From assembly GCA_012295275.1 (NCBI GenBank), contig CM022668.1:9672001-9736000 (forward strand): DNA of 64,000 nt, given 5' to 3'. The position numbers and the translations under genes were made by a program. Positions 18,761-33,424 of the stretch are shown here, piece after piece. Below the pieces are notes generated by a model, which saw only the letters and a list, made by a program, of their open reading frames with translations, did no database searches and had not been told where the DNA came from. This DNA is from Chrysomallon squamiferum. Taxonomy: Eukaryota > Animalia > Mollusca. Numbering within the stretch: position 1 is the stretch's first letter; every line of letters begins with the position of its first letter.

Positions 18761-19637
18761 TTTTTTTTATTATTATTATCATCAAAACCATTAATTTGTA
18801 TTAATTTGTATAATATTAAACTCAGAAATTATTTTGCTGTTAAATTAATCAGTGTCATCTAAGATGTTTGTCATCATGAATTATCTAAATTATGAAAAGG
18901 TGTATTGATTTTCTAACAAATATGCAATCATTAGTTCAAAATGTTTATAACTAACTTTATTATAATGCATAAAAGTAGAAAAACAACCCCTCTAATATTG
19001 TATTTCTTTTTTTTTCTTTTTAAATGTAATATTCTAACTGATATTATTTTTAAAAATTATTTCAGATGTTTTAAAACGACACAGCAAAATCCCAGAATCT
19101 ACATCACCTCCTGAAAGTAAATACATTGTTGTTTTGCAATTTTCTTCTTTTTCTTTATTATTAATATCATTATTAGTGTTTCTTTTATTACTCTTACTCT
19201 TACTTTTATTATTATTATTATTATTATTATTTATCTTAACCAGTTAAAATCAGCCCAGCACTGTAACTGTGAAAGAAAGAAAGACAACAAGAAAAAGAAA
19301 AAAAAGAAAAAGAATGATTCCATTTTAAACATACTATTTTTTAATGATACAAATCACACAGTTTTGGAGAGGACTGTAGTTTAGTGGTAGTGCAATGAAC
19401 CTATGTATGACTGGATGAACCAGTATGTATGACTGGATGAAACCCAAAAAGTTTTTTTTTTTTTTTTTATTTTTTTTTTTTTTTTTTTTAATTTATTTAT
19501 GTATTAATTTTTTTTTTTTTTTTTCATTATCTATAATGGTCATTAAACATAACAAAACTACAATGGGGAAAAAAACTAGAAAAGAATACAAAATAAAAGA
19601 ATAAGAATAATAATTATAAATGAATAAATAAATAACT

Positions 19638-19682
<45 letters not shown>

Positions 19683-19725
19683 TTGTTTGTATGTATGTAT
19701 GTATCTGTGTGTGTTTGTGTATGTA

Positions 19726-19760
<35 letters not shown>

Positions 19761-19927
19761 CACACACACACACAAACACACTTTTATTCTGTTATTTATT
19801 GATTTTTTTAATTTAAAATATTGTAGGAGATTTTGTACTGCAACCAGGACTGACACCTACAGTTGACCGTTCTGACGAGATTGATTCGCGATTCCATTAC
19901 AGTATTCCCACACCACGAGGAAATTAG
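15930..19927 (+). CDS. CCNB1IP1: E3 ligase CCNB1IP1/HEI10 (meiotic crossover RING protein), 265 aa
   Basis: Exons: 15930-15992, 16335-16350, 16595-16654, 16921-16991, 17088-17162, 17472-17586, 17854-17874, 18132-18223, 18538-18670, 19066-19116, 19827-19927; total 798 nt, open. RING domain LICNFKKCRKHL..AWVTSCSHIFC..H..SCPAC, followed by PSEEYKSMVLAGQKPEVIMEICARSLAFWTYQ and a coiled coil. Confidence 0.95.
16351..16594 (+). other. U12-type (minor spliceosome) GT-AG intron, HEI10 intron 2
   Basis: 5' site GTATCCTTTT. A branch-like TTCTTAAT lies just before the TAG acceptor, with no real polypyrimidine tract. Confidence 0.8.
17587..17853 (+). other. Probable U12-type GT-AG intron, HEI10 intron 6
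   Basis: 5' site GTATCTTT; branch point TCCTTAAT (17836-17843) 10 nt before the CAG acceptor. Confidence 0.7.
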
Positions 19928-21239
19928 ATAAATTATGAACTTGTTAAATTTAAATGCACAAAACCAAACAAAAAAACCCAATACCCCCTCCCAAAAAAAC
20001 AAACCCGAAAGAGCAGATTTTTGGCAGTATAAGGTAAAACTGATGCTGATAAACGTGTATGTTGAATTAACTGTGTAAGATAAAGTTCACATTATACGAA
20101 GTCAACGTTTTAAACAGTCTAAGACAATTTCAGACGGACTATATTATATATATAATTAGAGTACTAGATAGTAAATTGCCAATATAAAATAGAAATTTAA
20201 ATTCTATACGTGTACAGTTATGACCATATTAAAGTGACAACTGATGACTTACTTCGAAAATAATATTAAAGATTAATATGTCTAGTATGGATCTTCAAAG
20301 GAAAGTAAAGTAATAAGTTAAAAAACAATATCCAAATGTTTTCTAATTTTGTTACTATCATATTCTTATATTTAAAATATTTTGTTAGATTTTTCTTTAG
20401 AAATTATAAAGTAACTCTAAATATATGCGATACGAGCCAAAAAGAAAGTAGATTTGTATAATGTTAATTATCTTTAGAATATTTTATAATAAAAGATTTT
20501 TTATTGTATTTTATGCTGGAAAAATTACTATATTAAAATAAAACATTGTTTCTGTTGTAGTTCATAACCATATTTTTTGTTGTTTTTGTAAAGTTTGTTT
20601 AAATTTAAAAATATTCCAACACAGTGAATAAATTAAATTACGTGTCATCATGATCGGTTTTTAATTTTGCTCAAGTGAAATATCGATATTTCAACAGGCG
20701 TAAAATATCCTTTAGTGAGTAAAAATAAATAAATTAATTAATTAATATAATAATAATAATAATAATAATAATAAAATGAAAAACAGAAAATGTCAAATAA
20801 AATAATAAAAACAAAACAAAAAAGATAATAATAATAATAATAATAATCTGATAAAAACTGATAAATCAGAACCACGAATTATTTTAAGTCACCTGTATGT
20901 CGTATATAATGAAACTAAACCTCTTGGTTAAATAAAGCTTAGCCGATAATAACCAATTCATATTGTCAAGAAGGAGAAATTAATTAGCACTACATAATAT
21001 ATGCATGTTATTGATTACGTGATAATTTTATAGATACGAGACTTTGTATCACTGACACGAATGGTTCATATTTATCATGCACTTACTCTTGTTTCTATTT
21101 TTATAAATTTACGTTACGTTTCTGGACTGAATTCAAAATTTTAAATAAAAGTATTTTAAAATACATTAATATTTGCGGACATAATTAATAACGGGAAACT
21201 AATAAAAGTAAACAGCTATTTATTAAACCACCAGAAAAT

Positions 21240-21303
<64 letters not shown>

Positions 21304-21369
21304 TAGTTATATTTTTTTACCTATCAATTTACAATAAGGAGTTTAGATATTGCAAAGAAAGCGTTATCA

Positions 21370-21530
21370 TTGTTATCAACAATGTTGCTTGCACGGAAAC
21401 AGCTGGCTTCAGTGTTGTTAATAATTTAAACATTAATTAAGTCACCGTAGCGTTTCCTTTCTATAATTATTAAACAACACAGATCCAGTCTGTCTGATTT
21501 GCTTTTACGTCCGTTGCTATACTAAAATAT
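21370..21530 (+). promoter_or_regulatory. Possible RFX (X-box-like) and forkhead sites upstream of the radial spoke gene
   Basis: gttgcttgcacggaaac (~21384-21400), gttgctat (~21513) and taaacaac (~21471). Matches are imperfect; RFX/FOXJ1 control of motile-cilia genes is established. Confidence 0.4.
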
Positions 21531-21650
21531 TCATACTGTTTGGACCTAACGCTTCTGCTGTTTGTGAGGAAAGAAATAAAAGAAAAATATAATAGTTAGA
21601 AAATATTACTTAACAACAGTGGTTTCAACTCAATTTCGTTAAAAAAAAAG

Positions 21651-22561
21651 ATGGGAATAGAACGGGATAAAAAAGTTAGAGGACGCCGAGATATTTTGAA
21701 AACTGTGACGGAGGAAAATGTTGAAGAAAAAGAAGAGAGAAATGTTAATGAAGTTGAAAAACGGTGTATGAATTCTAAAATGCAGATGTTGACACATCAT
21801 CAGGATGAAGGCGTATCCTTGTAAGTACTCAGTAACTTGAAAATGATACCATTAGCTTTCCGTTCTATTAAATTTGTATGATAAAAGTTTATACCAAAAC
21901 ATGTAAAAGAATGTATATTACCTAAATCCTTTGTGTTTTTTTTTTTGTTTATTTATTTTTAAATTATTTTATTATTAACAACTATCATTACTACTACTAC
22001 CACTACTATTACTATTATTATTTATTATTATTATTATTATTATTATTGTTATTATTATTATTTGTTATTTGAAACATGAGCCCGCACCACTCCTAATACT
22101 ACACATGTACATCATTATGTGCTTAAATAATTTTTTAAGTTCTATTTATTTATTTATAATACTGTAAATGACTGTGATTTCAAACTTAAAATAAATCAGA
22201 ACAGACAGTGAACTAATTATTTTTATAATTAAGATTAATTACTGGCATGATACTCACAAGCAGAGCAGTATAATAATTATAAAATAGAAGATATATATAT
22301 ATATATATGAGCGACAGGAAGACGTAATACAAATTTCACCTTTACCAGAATCGGCCGTAACACAAGAAATCAGTATTGCAGCCTTTAAATCTTTCTATGT
22401 GATTCTACGTAAGATTTGTTTAATTTATTTCTACAATGTCAGTTGTGTTACACGTATTTTTTTATTTATTCTACAAGTCGACCATAAGTATCAGAGAGAG
22501 AGAGAGAGAGCAATAAAGAAGAATTAGAATGTTTATGATATAAATTACATTTCTTTTATTA

Positions 22562-22628
<67 letters not shown>

Positions 22629-22645
22629 GTGTATGTGTTTGGCTC

Positions 22646-22678
<33 letters not shown>

Positions 22679-23378
22679 GTGTACCTCTGTATTAACTGAT
22701 AGTGTTACTTAAAATTCAATCACTGTTTGACTCAGATACGACCATTTGTCCATGCTGATAACCGAGGTTCTGGACGGCACTCCAATCTGTCAAGCAGACG
22801 ACATAGAAAACTTAAGCAGACGGCTGAAAAGAGAACGCGTGTTTGTGGAACAGAGTACAATAAGAACATGTACAGACGCCTGTACAAATGGACGACAGGT
22901 GAAGGCTGAATGGAGGCATTTTCACGTAAGTTAAGTAGCGGATGATTTTGGTTTGTCTGTCTGCCTGTCTGTGTCTGACTAATTATCTCCCCCTACATGT
23001 CAAAATACTTAATTTAATAAGTTAACCATTAGCAAGAAAGCTACCCGGATTAAATAAAAAATAAATTAAGAACACATTTTAACACTACAAAAAAGGGAAT
23101 ACTTTAGAATTAAATATAATCAACTACTATATTTTTAAAACTAATGTTACTCTATTTTCTGAACCAGATGATTTTATTCATAAAGTGAGAAAAATTATTG
23201 GTTAGTCTAATCGACTGTTATAAGCTGGATACCATTTCTAAATTAAAAATCATTCAGTTAATTTTTTTGTTAATCATCACTATCTTCAGAAACATACATA
23301 AAAAAAAAAAATGTAGTATTTCTTGTAGCATCGATAACAATTAAAGCAAATAACAATAACAACAACAACAACAATAAC

Positions 23379-23425
<47 letters not shown>

Positions 23426-26049
23426 CGCGAATCAAAAATAATTTCCATCTTGAACATATTTTTAAATTATTCTGTTCACTGAAAACAACTGAACTGTACA
23501 ATTATTCATTTACTACTAACAATTATTCATTTAGTACTAACACTATAAAATAATATATTTCTCTCCCCCCCCCCACTTAGAACAATTATGAAAAACCAAC
23601 AGAAGACGAAGACTATGACACATCTGAAGCAGACGACCGGTGGACAGCAATGCCGAACATCTTACGTCAGAATCACGTGTTCCAAACGGCGGGAGTCGGC
23701 TTACCTTCGGAAGAGTACGTGAGACTCGCTATCGCTATGAAAGAACTCGTTAGACTGTGGTCTGTTGAGAGTATTCGATTCTGGGGCAAAATCTTCGGCC
23801 GATTTTCCGATTATTATATCGTCGAGGCTCAGTTTCCCGATGGTGATTACGATTCAGATATCGATGAAAGCGAAATATGTGAAAGTGGTTCCACGAGAAG
23901 CGATTTTGATAAAGTAAAATAAAATTGTTATTCATTCATTCATTCTTATGAATCAAATTAATAATAATAATAATAATAATATTAAAAACATTTGTGGGAT
24001 TAATTTCATAATGATTCAGACACATTTTGGATAAGAATATTTTAAAATAAAATTTTCAGATTTCGTGATATCTAAACATTTAACTCTAGTTCTTGTATTT
24101 TATATTTCTTTACGGATAAGATGGGAGGTGGTGTATCTGCTTATTTTAAATGTGGCACACAATGTCTAGATTAATTTAAAAAATATATTATATAAAATAT
24201 TTAAAAAAATAAAATAAAATAAAATAAAACAAAGAAAGAAAAGGAAATTAAACGTAACAGTCACTGAATAATCAGAATAATAGATTCACTAGTAATATTG
24301 CTATAGTTGTTCCGATTGCACACATGCATTTTATATAATTTTCATTTTTCAGCTTGATAGTGAATTTGACGGTAAGTAATACAGATCTAATAATTTATTC
24401 TAATTATTCAACATCTAATATACTGCAAGTGTAATTTTTTAAACCTCAGAATACTGTATCTAAATTACTAGGATTCTTGTATAAACACAGGATAAAAATT
24501 AGGACTATATTGATTTATCATTGTATTCTTTCGCCTGTTCGTACATATTTCTGTCAACATACCAAATCAAACAGGGCTATAAGTCAACATATCACCACAC
24601 AGATCAAACATACTGTTTTCATAAATAAATAAATATATATCATGTTTGTTTGTTTGTAGTTGTTTTTTTTTTTTTTTTTTTTTTTTGAAAGAAAAGAAAA
24701 GATAAACCCAGAAATAAAAATTAAAATAAGGAGATACATTGCACCACAAAGCAAAAATGGATATATTATGACATTCATTCATTATTTTACAACAGAGTGC
24801 AAAGTATTTAAATCTTGCAGTTTCTATGTATCCTCCACTAACATTAGTATTTATATTGTTCATTCATTCATTTATTTATTAATGTGTGTGAATATGTATG
24901 TGTGTATTTTTTCAGATTTCTCGACAGTCAAACCGGACTACAATCCACCGCCAAAAGTACCCAGTGAACCTGCAGGAGTAGGTTTGAACAAGAAAGTGTA
25001 TTTCGTTTGTAATGAGCGTAAGTATAAAAACTAACAGGAGCATGTCTTGAACATATTGTACATACTCATCATGAATATCCGACAACAGACCAATTTAATA
25101 CAAAAATACAGGCACTAAATTTCACGATAAATTCACCAATATCCCACCTCCCGAAAAAAAATCCATTTATATATATATATATATATTCAAAATGTTTATT
25201 TCGTTACGATATATAAAAATTAAAATTGTATTTTATGCTCAAGTATGCCAGCCGTGGGTCCGTCTACCTCACGTGACTCCAACTCAGATAACTGCAGCAA
25301 AAAAGATCAGGAAATTTTTCACCGGCAATTTAGAGAATGAGGTAAAATAATTAATTTGAAATGTGTAAGTACCATGTGTAATGTTAGAACAACGATTTAA
25401 ACACGCAATTATTAATATAATAAAAAAAAAGTTTTTTGTTAAAAGTAAATTCTTAGTTAGCAATAACCGAATGCTGATAGTGTTATTTTATTTTATTTGT
25501 ATTTATTTAGTTAGTTAATGAGTTAGTTGTTTATTTTGTAGGTGCGCTTTTTTTTTTTAAACGCGTGAATTGGATGATCTATTATGCAAAACAGTCAAAT
25601 TCATTTCATGACCCATAAATTTAGTTTCAGTGGTCAAAATGATATTTTTATTGTGTGTTTGCGTGTGTGGGTTATATTTATATGAGTAGATGTTCAGCTA
25701 TACAGATATAAATATCAATTTTTTTTTTCACCAGTTGGAATCTTTTCCACCGTTTCCTGGACTAGAAAAGAATTATCTACGTGTTCAGATTGCCCGGATC
25801 AGCTCCAGCACACAAATCTCTCCCATTGGTTACTTCAAATTTGACGAGGACGTGGAGGACGAAGAAGACGAGGAAGATAAAGGTCAGAATTGAACAAACA
25901 AACAAACAAATGTAAATAAGAGAGAGAAAACGTAACAGAATAACGAAAAGATACATTACAGTGGATAGACATATCGAGGACTTCAGAACAAGTTATCGCC
26001 CCATTACTGTGGAACCTGTCGATGACATATTGTTTCTGTGATAGCTTTA

Positions 26050-26143
<94 letters not shown>

Positions 26144-26161
26144 ATAAAAATAAAAATAATG

Positions 26162-26212
<51 letters not shown>

Positions 26213-26991
26213 GTAATAATAATCTTTATTTGACAACAAAACTGATAAACTTTTAACAAATGCGTTATTATTCCCATCTATATCATTTTATGTTAAATTT
26301 TTCTTTAATGTCGATGTTGTTTTGCTAACGTCTTTTTGACTCTTCCTTTTTTTATCTTTATTTTCTTTTTTTCTTTTTCTGCATATTTTTGCTGTTTCCA
26401 TTTCCCCTTTTCTTTCTTTTTGTTATTTCGCATCTTTTATTTTAATATACGTTTTATATTCGTTTGTTCCTCTTTTTTTTAATTTTATAATTAAACTGAC
26501 AATATTAAATTAATTGCAGAAAGTTTGTTTCTAAATTGTTTTATCGACAGTTACACTAAATTATAATATTTGTTTATGACACTAATCAAACTGTTTTTTA
26601 AAATTGCGTTTTATATAATATAGTTTTTGTTAATTCTTTTATTTTTAGCTCTTCAGTTATTTAAAGGTAATGTTTCATTAGAAAGCACGTTCATAATTAT
26701 TTTATCATTATTATTATTTGTTTTGTTTTGTTGTTTTGTTTACACGAAGTGCACATTCCAAGACAAATATATCAATGGTAAAATGCCATTGTCATATATG
26801 AAAATAAAGATTGCTTGTTTTCGTGCAAAAGTCGAAAAAAACTCTTTAAAGATGCATGTGAGTATAGGAGTGTGTGTGTGCGTGCGTTCGCGCGCGTTCG
26901 TGCTTTGGTCACCTTGTTCTTCAATTTTACCTATAACTTACTACTGTTGTCGTAATCATCATAATTATGATAATCATTATTTTATTCATCT

Positions 26992-27030
<39 letters not shown>

Positions 27031-28177
27031 CCAAAAGTGAATGATTCCCAATTGCTAAAATATTTGTGAAAAATATATTCACAAATTCACACATATTCGA
27101 AAAGACCTGTTGTTAGGATTATATTCCAACTTAATCACGACCGGAAACTTTTGTAACACAGAATCAAAAATCTATACATTCACTGATAATAGAGAATAAT
27201 CACAGTCACACGCTCACTATTTTCTAAATGAATTTTTGTTTCACTGTGACGTCACAATAATTGTATTCGTATGTTGTTGACGTCAAACGTTTGATGACGT
27301 CACGATAATTATTTTCATGAGATAAGGCAATTAAAATAAGAGGCCTATTCAGGAATTTTTGTGAATCTCGAAGATTACTGTTCTAATTCATGTTATTCAT
27401 TTTATTATCAGAGTAAATTTGCTATAAAGCGACTGTACGGATCAAAGACCCATATTTATTAATATTTTATATAAATCTAAGTGGATTAAGATCAGTACAT
27501 ACATTCATTCGTACACACATTCATCCATACAGATGTAAGTACATACATACATACATACACACATACACATACATACATACATACATACATACACATACAT
27601 ACATACATACATACGTACATACATACATACACACATTAAACACACATAAATACACACAAACATGCTTTCATATATTATTTTGTTCCTAATAATGACTAAA
27701 ATATGCAATGTAAGAAAGATATTTAATGTCAGTGTTATTTTTATTAGAACTGGACAAAAGTGACGGTGAGTAATTCTCAGATATGTCTTATTTTAGTAAT
27801 GTTTCTACACTTCTTCGGTTAATGTTTCATTTATTTTTTTCTCTTGTTATATTATTACTTATTTTACATTAATTTTGATTTTATTCCACATTATTATTTT
27901 TTTTTTTGTTGTTGTATTTTATATTAGTCATTTTAAATTTTTAAATTTATTATTATTATTGATGTTGTGAGTTATTGTTGTCGTTGTTGTTGTTGTTGTT
28001 AATTTAAAACACTCCTGTGTCATGCTTAGAGCCTGGATTTATTACCCTATAAATTTATTGATGTTTTTATTTCACCTTTTTATTTCTGCTATTTAATTAT
28101 CTTAATTATCTTTCCACGTTTCATTCTTATATTACACAGAATTTTATTTTTTAATTTTATTTTTTAAAATAATTTTA

Positions 28178-28213
<36 letters not shown>

Positions 28214-28321
28214 CAAATTAAAAATATAAATTTTAAAACAAAACTAAAACAATTGAAAAATATATTCTTCTTCTTCTTCTTCTTCTTCTACTTATTATTA
28301 TTATTATTATTATTCTTCTTC

Positions 28322-28365
<44 letters not shown>

Positions 28366-30095
28366 TCTTTAAAGACACTAATGAACTTAATGACTAAATA
28401 AAAATAAAATACAGGTATATATGAGAGCAGTTATCCAACAAACTTGGAACTTTAGGTGATGCTGATTTTTATGGATTTCTTGGTTTTCTGGGACAAAGGT
28501 TTAATACATTACACTTAAAACAAAAAATAAAAGAACGAAATGTATTTAATAAATATAAATTAATACGAGATATTATACCGCATTTCTGGAAGCATAAGAA
28601 ATAGTTTGGAACCTGTAGAACGGGTAATGTGCAGAACAAATAAATCCTTAAAGCTTTAGTCAGTTTTTGGTTAAAGCATGACAGGAATTTCAGACAGTTG
28701 TTTTCGAGATAGATAAATATCGTTTCTGGAGCTAAAAAAAAAAAAAATGAAGAAAAGTTTTAAATCCCTCGATACAGTTTGTTTATAGGAGAATTGGAAA
28801 AACATTAATTATTTTATTGACGATCAATAACTTTTGGACTAAGCATATCTACACTTGGAGAAACTTACTCCAGATAGGATATTTGATTACTTAAAACCGA
28901 AGTTTGTAAACAGGGCACCATTTCTTGTAAAATAACAATTTCAGCTTTGTTATATTATTACTTATTTTGCATTATTTTTAAATTTTATCGTGCAACGGAT
29001 CTTAAAACAGAACAATTTTCATTCCGTAGAACATTCGTACAATATCGAAGATGCAAGCTGGGCCAAATTAAGATCATAACAGTTCTGAATTATTCCAGAG
29101 TTTTATATACAACGCACTCTACAGAATTTATTTCTGACAAAACCTTTTAAAATGTTCTAAATGAAATATAATTCTTCCACTGCTTCATTATTATCTTCAA
29201 CCAATAGCTAAATGGAATTTACTTTCTTCTCAGGACGGGAGAGCTTTGTTGAGGATTCTGATTTTCAAGGTTTGGTTCTGAAAGAAATGATCAGTGTCAA
29301 CAACTGGGTTCATCACACGCCCTACATCCTTCCTCAGGTATGATAAAACCTGTGTTTATATCTCTTTTCTTTTTTTCTGTTACGTACACAGAAATATACA
29401 CGTATATGCATACATACAGAGAAACAGACAGACAGAAACCGAGACGTACATACATACATACGGACATAAATGCATTCCTGCATTAATTGCTGGTTTTTTT
29501 TTTCCATAACATGATTATGTACATTTCTAAGATTTTTTTAACCATGATTATGGAATGTTTTAAGGAATATTTCTCTTTAAACGTCCTTTCAAATGATAGG
29601 GCCGGACCACGTGGTACAACGTGACGTCATCAGCCCGAGAAGAGACAGATGAAGCTGAAGAAGAAGAAGAAGAAAAGAAAGAGCCAGATGAACCGGAACC
29701 GGAAACAGGACCGCCATTGCTAACACCTATATCAGAAGACAAAACTAGTCAGTTGTCTTTATATTCAAGAATTAGATTTAGAGGGGAAAAGTTAGAAATG
29801 GTTTTACTCTGCTTTCATTTACTTTACTTTGCATTATTTTTCATTATGTTATTTTACTTTGTTTTACTTTATGTTATTTATTACTGAAATTCAAAAATAA
29901 AAAAAAATATATTGTAAATTGGAATACACGAGATGTTATCCAATATATATATATACACATAATTTGCTTTAGTACTCATTCTTTTGTAATATCCATATAC
30001 ATATATTATGTGTGTATATATATATATATATCCATTATGTAATATCCATTATTACTGAAAGACAGATAAAGAGACAGATATATATAGATATATAT

Positions 30096-30184
<89 letters not shown>

Positions 30185-31578
30185 ATTTGCTTTAGTACTC
30201 ATTCTTTTGTAATATCCATTATTACTGAAAGACAGATATGAAGACAGATATAGAGACAGATATATATATATATATCAATAAAAATATATTTCAGAAAATG
30301 ACCAAGAACCAGCCTGGATAACTAGGAAGTCGTCGCTGTTTATTCCAGAGTTTTCTGTCGCAGTGATGTTGTCGAACATTTGGCCTGGCGCTGTCGCCGT
30401 GGCCACGGATAAAGGGAGGTAAGCCGCTTAAGTTACTGTTGCCTTTTGTTTTCTTATTTTTTGATTTTTTTTTTTTTTTTTAAATCTTTTTTCTTTTGGT
30501 TTCATTGCTGGTAATATAAAATACATTAGAATAAAATCAATAATGTAATTCTTTTGAATCCAGGTGTAAAATGTGATAATTATTATCAGTAGTGCTTAAT
30601 TACAGAGCCAATGGTGTACACAATCTTTTTTTTTAATATGATATATAAATATGTGACTTTGTTGTATGTGACTATTAAGTATGATATCTATAAGTATGTA
30701 TGTACGTGTGTATATATATGGATAATACGTGTGCATGCATATAATGAATAAATAAACACATACATATATATATATATACGTTTATGAACGAAGAATCGTA
30801 TATAATTGTATCTACAATAATAAATATTTTCGTTTTCTTCCTTTTGCATTTCATTTTTTATTTTATATTTATATATTTATTTTATTTTATTTTATTTTAT
30901 TTTATTTTATTTTATTTTATGTAAGTAGGCATATATGTATGAACAGACTTACATATGTATACATATGTATGTTATGTGAGTATGTGTGTGTTTGTGTATT
31001 GTGTATGTATGAATGTATATATATGTATATGTGTGTCTATGTATGTATGTGTGTGAGTGTCTTGTGTGTGTGTTTGTGTGTGTAGTTGTGTGTCTGTGTG
31101 TGTGTGTGTCTGTCTGTGTGTCTGTGTTTATGTGTGTGTGCAAGTGTATTTATCAATGAAAGGATGGACAAATGGGTATTAAAATTTTTATTTCTACACT
31201 AAATATTTAATTTTCATCATTATGATGGCTATCATCATCATCATTATTATCATTCGTATCACTGTGATAATTGTCATCGTAGTAATCATTTCCATCACTA
31301 ACAGGTTTTTTGAGAATGTTTACGTTGGCTGGGGACTGAAGAACCTCGAAGACAACTTTGAACCAGCGTTGCCGAAACTTCCAACCTCCGAGTTTCCCAC
31401 CGGCCCGGAAGTAATTGAAGCAGATGACCCTACACCGGAAACGGAAGCCGCTGTACTGGCTGCTCTTCAGAAAAAGGAGACAGAAGAGTTAGCCGTGGCG
31501 GAGGAGGAGGAGGAGGAGCAGGAGGATGCAGAGGATGCTGAAGACGAGGCTGTAGAAGACGAAGAGACTGAAGATTAA
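21651..31578 (+). CDS. Radial spoke head protein 4/6 family (RSPH4A/RSPH6A-like), ~581 aa with all microexons
   Basis: Exons: 21651-21820, 22736-22925, 23581-23913, 24353-24371, 24916-25017, 25244-25341, 25735-25882, 26649-26666, 27748-27765, 29234-29337, 29600-29747, 30295-30418, 31305-31578. Motifs [103 protein letters not shown] and an acidic tail. Confidence 0.95.
27040..27370. mobile_element. Possible degenerate non-autonomous DNA element containing three TGACGTCA motifs
   Basis: Weak inverted similarity between attcacacatattcgaaaagacct (~27085-27108) and aggcctattcaggaatttttgtgaat (~27341-27366). CRE palindromes at 27247, 27278 and 27295. Confidence 0.3.
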
Positions 31579-32379
31579 ACAGATAAATGTGACGAACTTT
31601 GTGTCTTGTGACAACAGCTATACACAGATGGGTGATAATTCACAGAAAAAAAAAATTGAATGAATGAATAACGAAACTGATAAATTTAGAATGAAGGATA
31701 AGTATAGAATAAATGATTAATATATTAATAGGTATACTATCAGATACGCATACACATATGCACACTCACATATAGATGATAGATGTATTCATACATATAT
31801 ATTCATTGTAAGAAAACAAATCATTAAATAAATGAATAAACTAGCAAAATGATCAAGTGATTAATATAATCTAGAAATATTTACCAATTTACATTTCTGT
31901 GGCATAAACAGATTACTGCTGTATACTATACGTATAAATTTAAATGTATACGAATAACTGAAATTGTATCGACAGTAAAATGAAATAAACAATAAATATT
32001 TAGTAACAGTTCACGATCGGCAGCTATTGTTAATTCTGATCAGTATTGTAGATTACCAGAACGTCCGTATGTTTGACTTTCTGATAGTCAAAACATTCTT
32101 CTTAATTTTATTATTATTAAACATTGTAAAATATTCTTTTGTTATTGCTTTTTTTGTATTTAATTGTGTCTTAGGATTCGAGGTGTTCAAAATATAGATA
32201 TATGTATTATTTCTGAGATTTAGGTACACTGACATTGAGATAACTATAACCGACAGACAACGAAACGAAAAACGAAATAAATCAAGAGAGAGTTTGTGGC
32301 TCTATAAACAGAAAGAAAACAAAACAAACGCAGTTAAAAATAAAATAAAAATCTAAATGAAAACTAATTACGTATCATT

Positions 32380-33344
32380 TATCACAGATGTCTTTTTATG
32401 ACAGACCTCGATAAATTAATCAAGTAATTTTCCCCACTTCTGATCTCAGAATAAATGTATGAAAACTGTCCACAGGGACTTCACGTCCGTCAGTCTGAAC
32501 ACAGAGTAATCCGTTTTATATCCAGCCTTGATCTCTTTGTTTGGTCGCACTTATTACTGAAGCACGTGACGACCTGGGTGTAATAACGTGGTTTTTGCCC
32601 ACCCATTCATTCGTTCCTGGCGTTGTTGTCTAACATAAAGATTAAAATGGATAGCATGTATTAATAATATATTGACGTGACTATAGTTTACCTGCCCGTG
32701 TTCATTGCCCTGAAGGCGGGTGTCAATCGTTTTGACTTGTTTGACAGAATGTAGCTTTCCTGTTTTATATTTATTTTATTTTAGCTAAATGAAAAAAAGT
32801 AAAAATAAAAATAAAAAATGGAAGAATAATGATGCAGCTAGCAGCGTGTAAAATAATGAATTAATTATTAATTTTCCACCATTATTTATTGGAAGTGTCT
32901 GGGTGTGTATGCGTGCATGAAATTGAATATTATTGTTATTACTGTTTTCATCATGTAACATTAGTAGCTGAAGTAACAGTAACAGCATATTTTCCTAACA
33001 GTAACACTCCTACAAATAGTAATGGAAAAAGCAAGTAATCGTTATCATATAGGTATCGATTATGATAGTATTTTGCAGCAGCAGCAGTAGTAGTAATAGT
33101 GGTAGTACTAGTAGTAGTGTAGTTGTAGTATTAATGATAGGAGCAGTAGTACTACTGCCAATGGTTGTAATAGTTGTAGTAGTACTGGTAGCATAGTAAT
33201 AGCAATAGCAATGTTAATCCCAACTGAAAAAAAAAAAAAAAAAAAAAAAATCCTCATTGAAAAGCTTCAAGGACACTTACAGATTAAAAGTTTAATTGTA
33301 CAGAATGGAACGTTCAGGACCTAAAATTTAATAATAATAATAAT

Positions 33345-33424
<80 letters not shown>

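Noticed and set aside
19371-19400. ggactgtagtttagtggtag, resembling a tRNA 5' half/A-box
   Set aside because: No B-box, T-arm or acceptor stem follows; at most a SINE remnant.
21813-21826. GTATCCTT at the end of RSPH exon 1 as a U12 donor
   Set aside because: It encodes the conserved (V)SLYDHL and is followed by a canonical GTAAGT that gives the right phase.
25961-26053. Possible alternative terminal RSPH exon ([12 protein letters not shown]...)
   Set aside because: Purine-rich acceptor context and no homology; unsupported.
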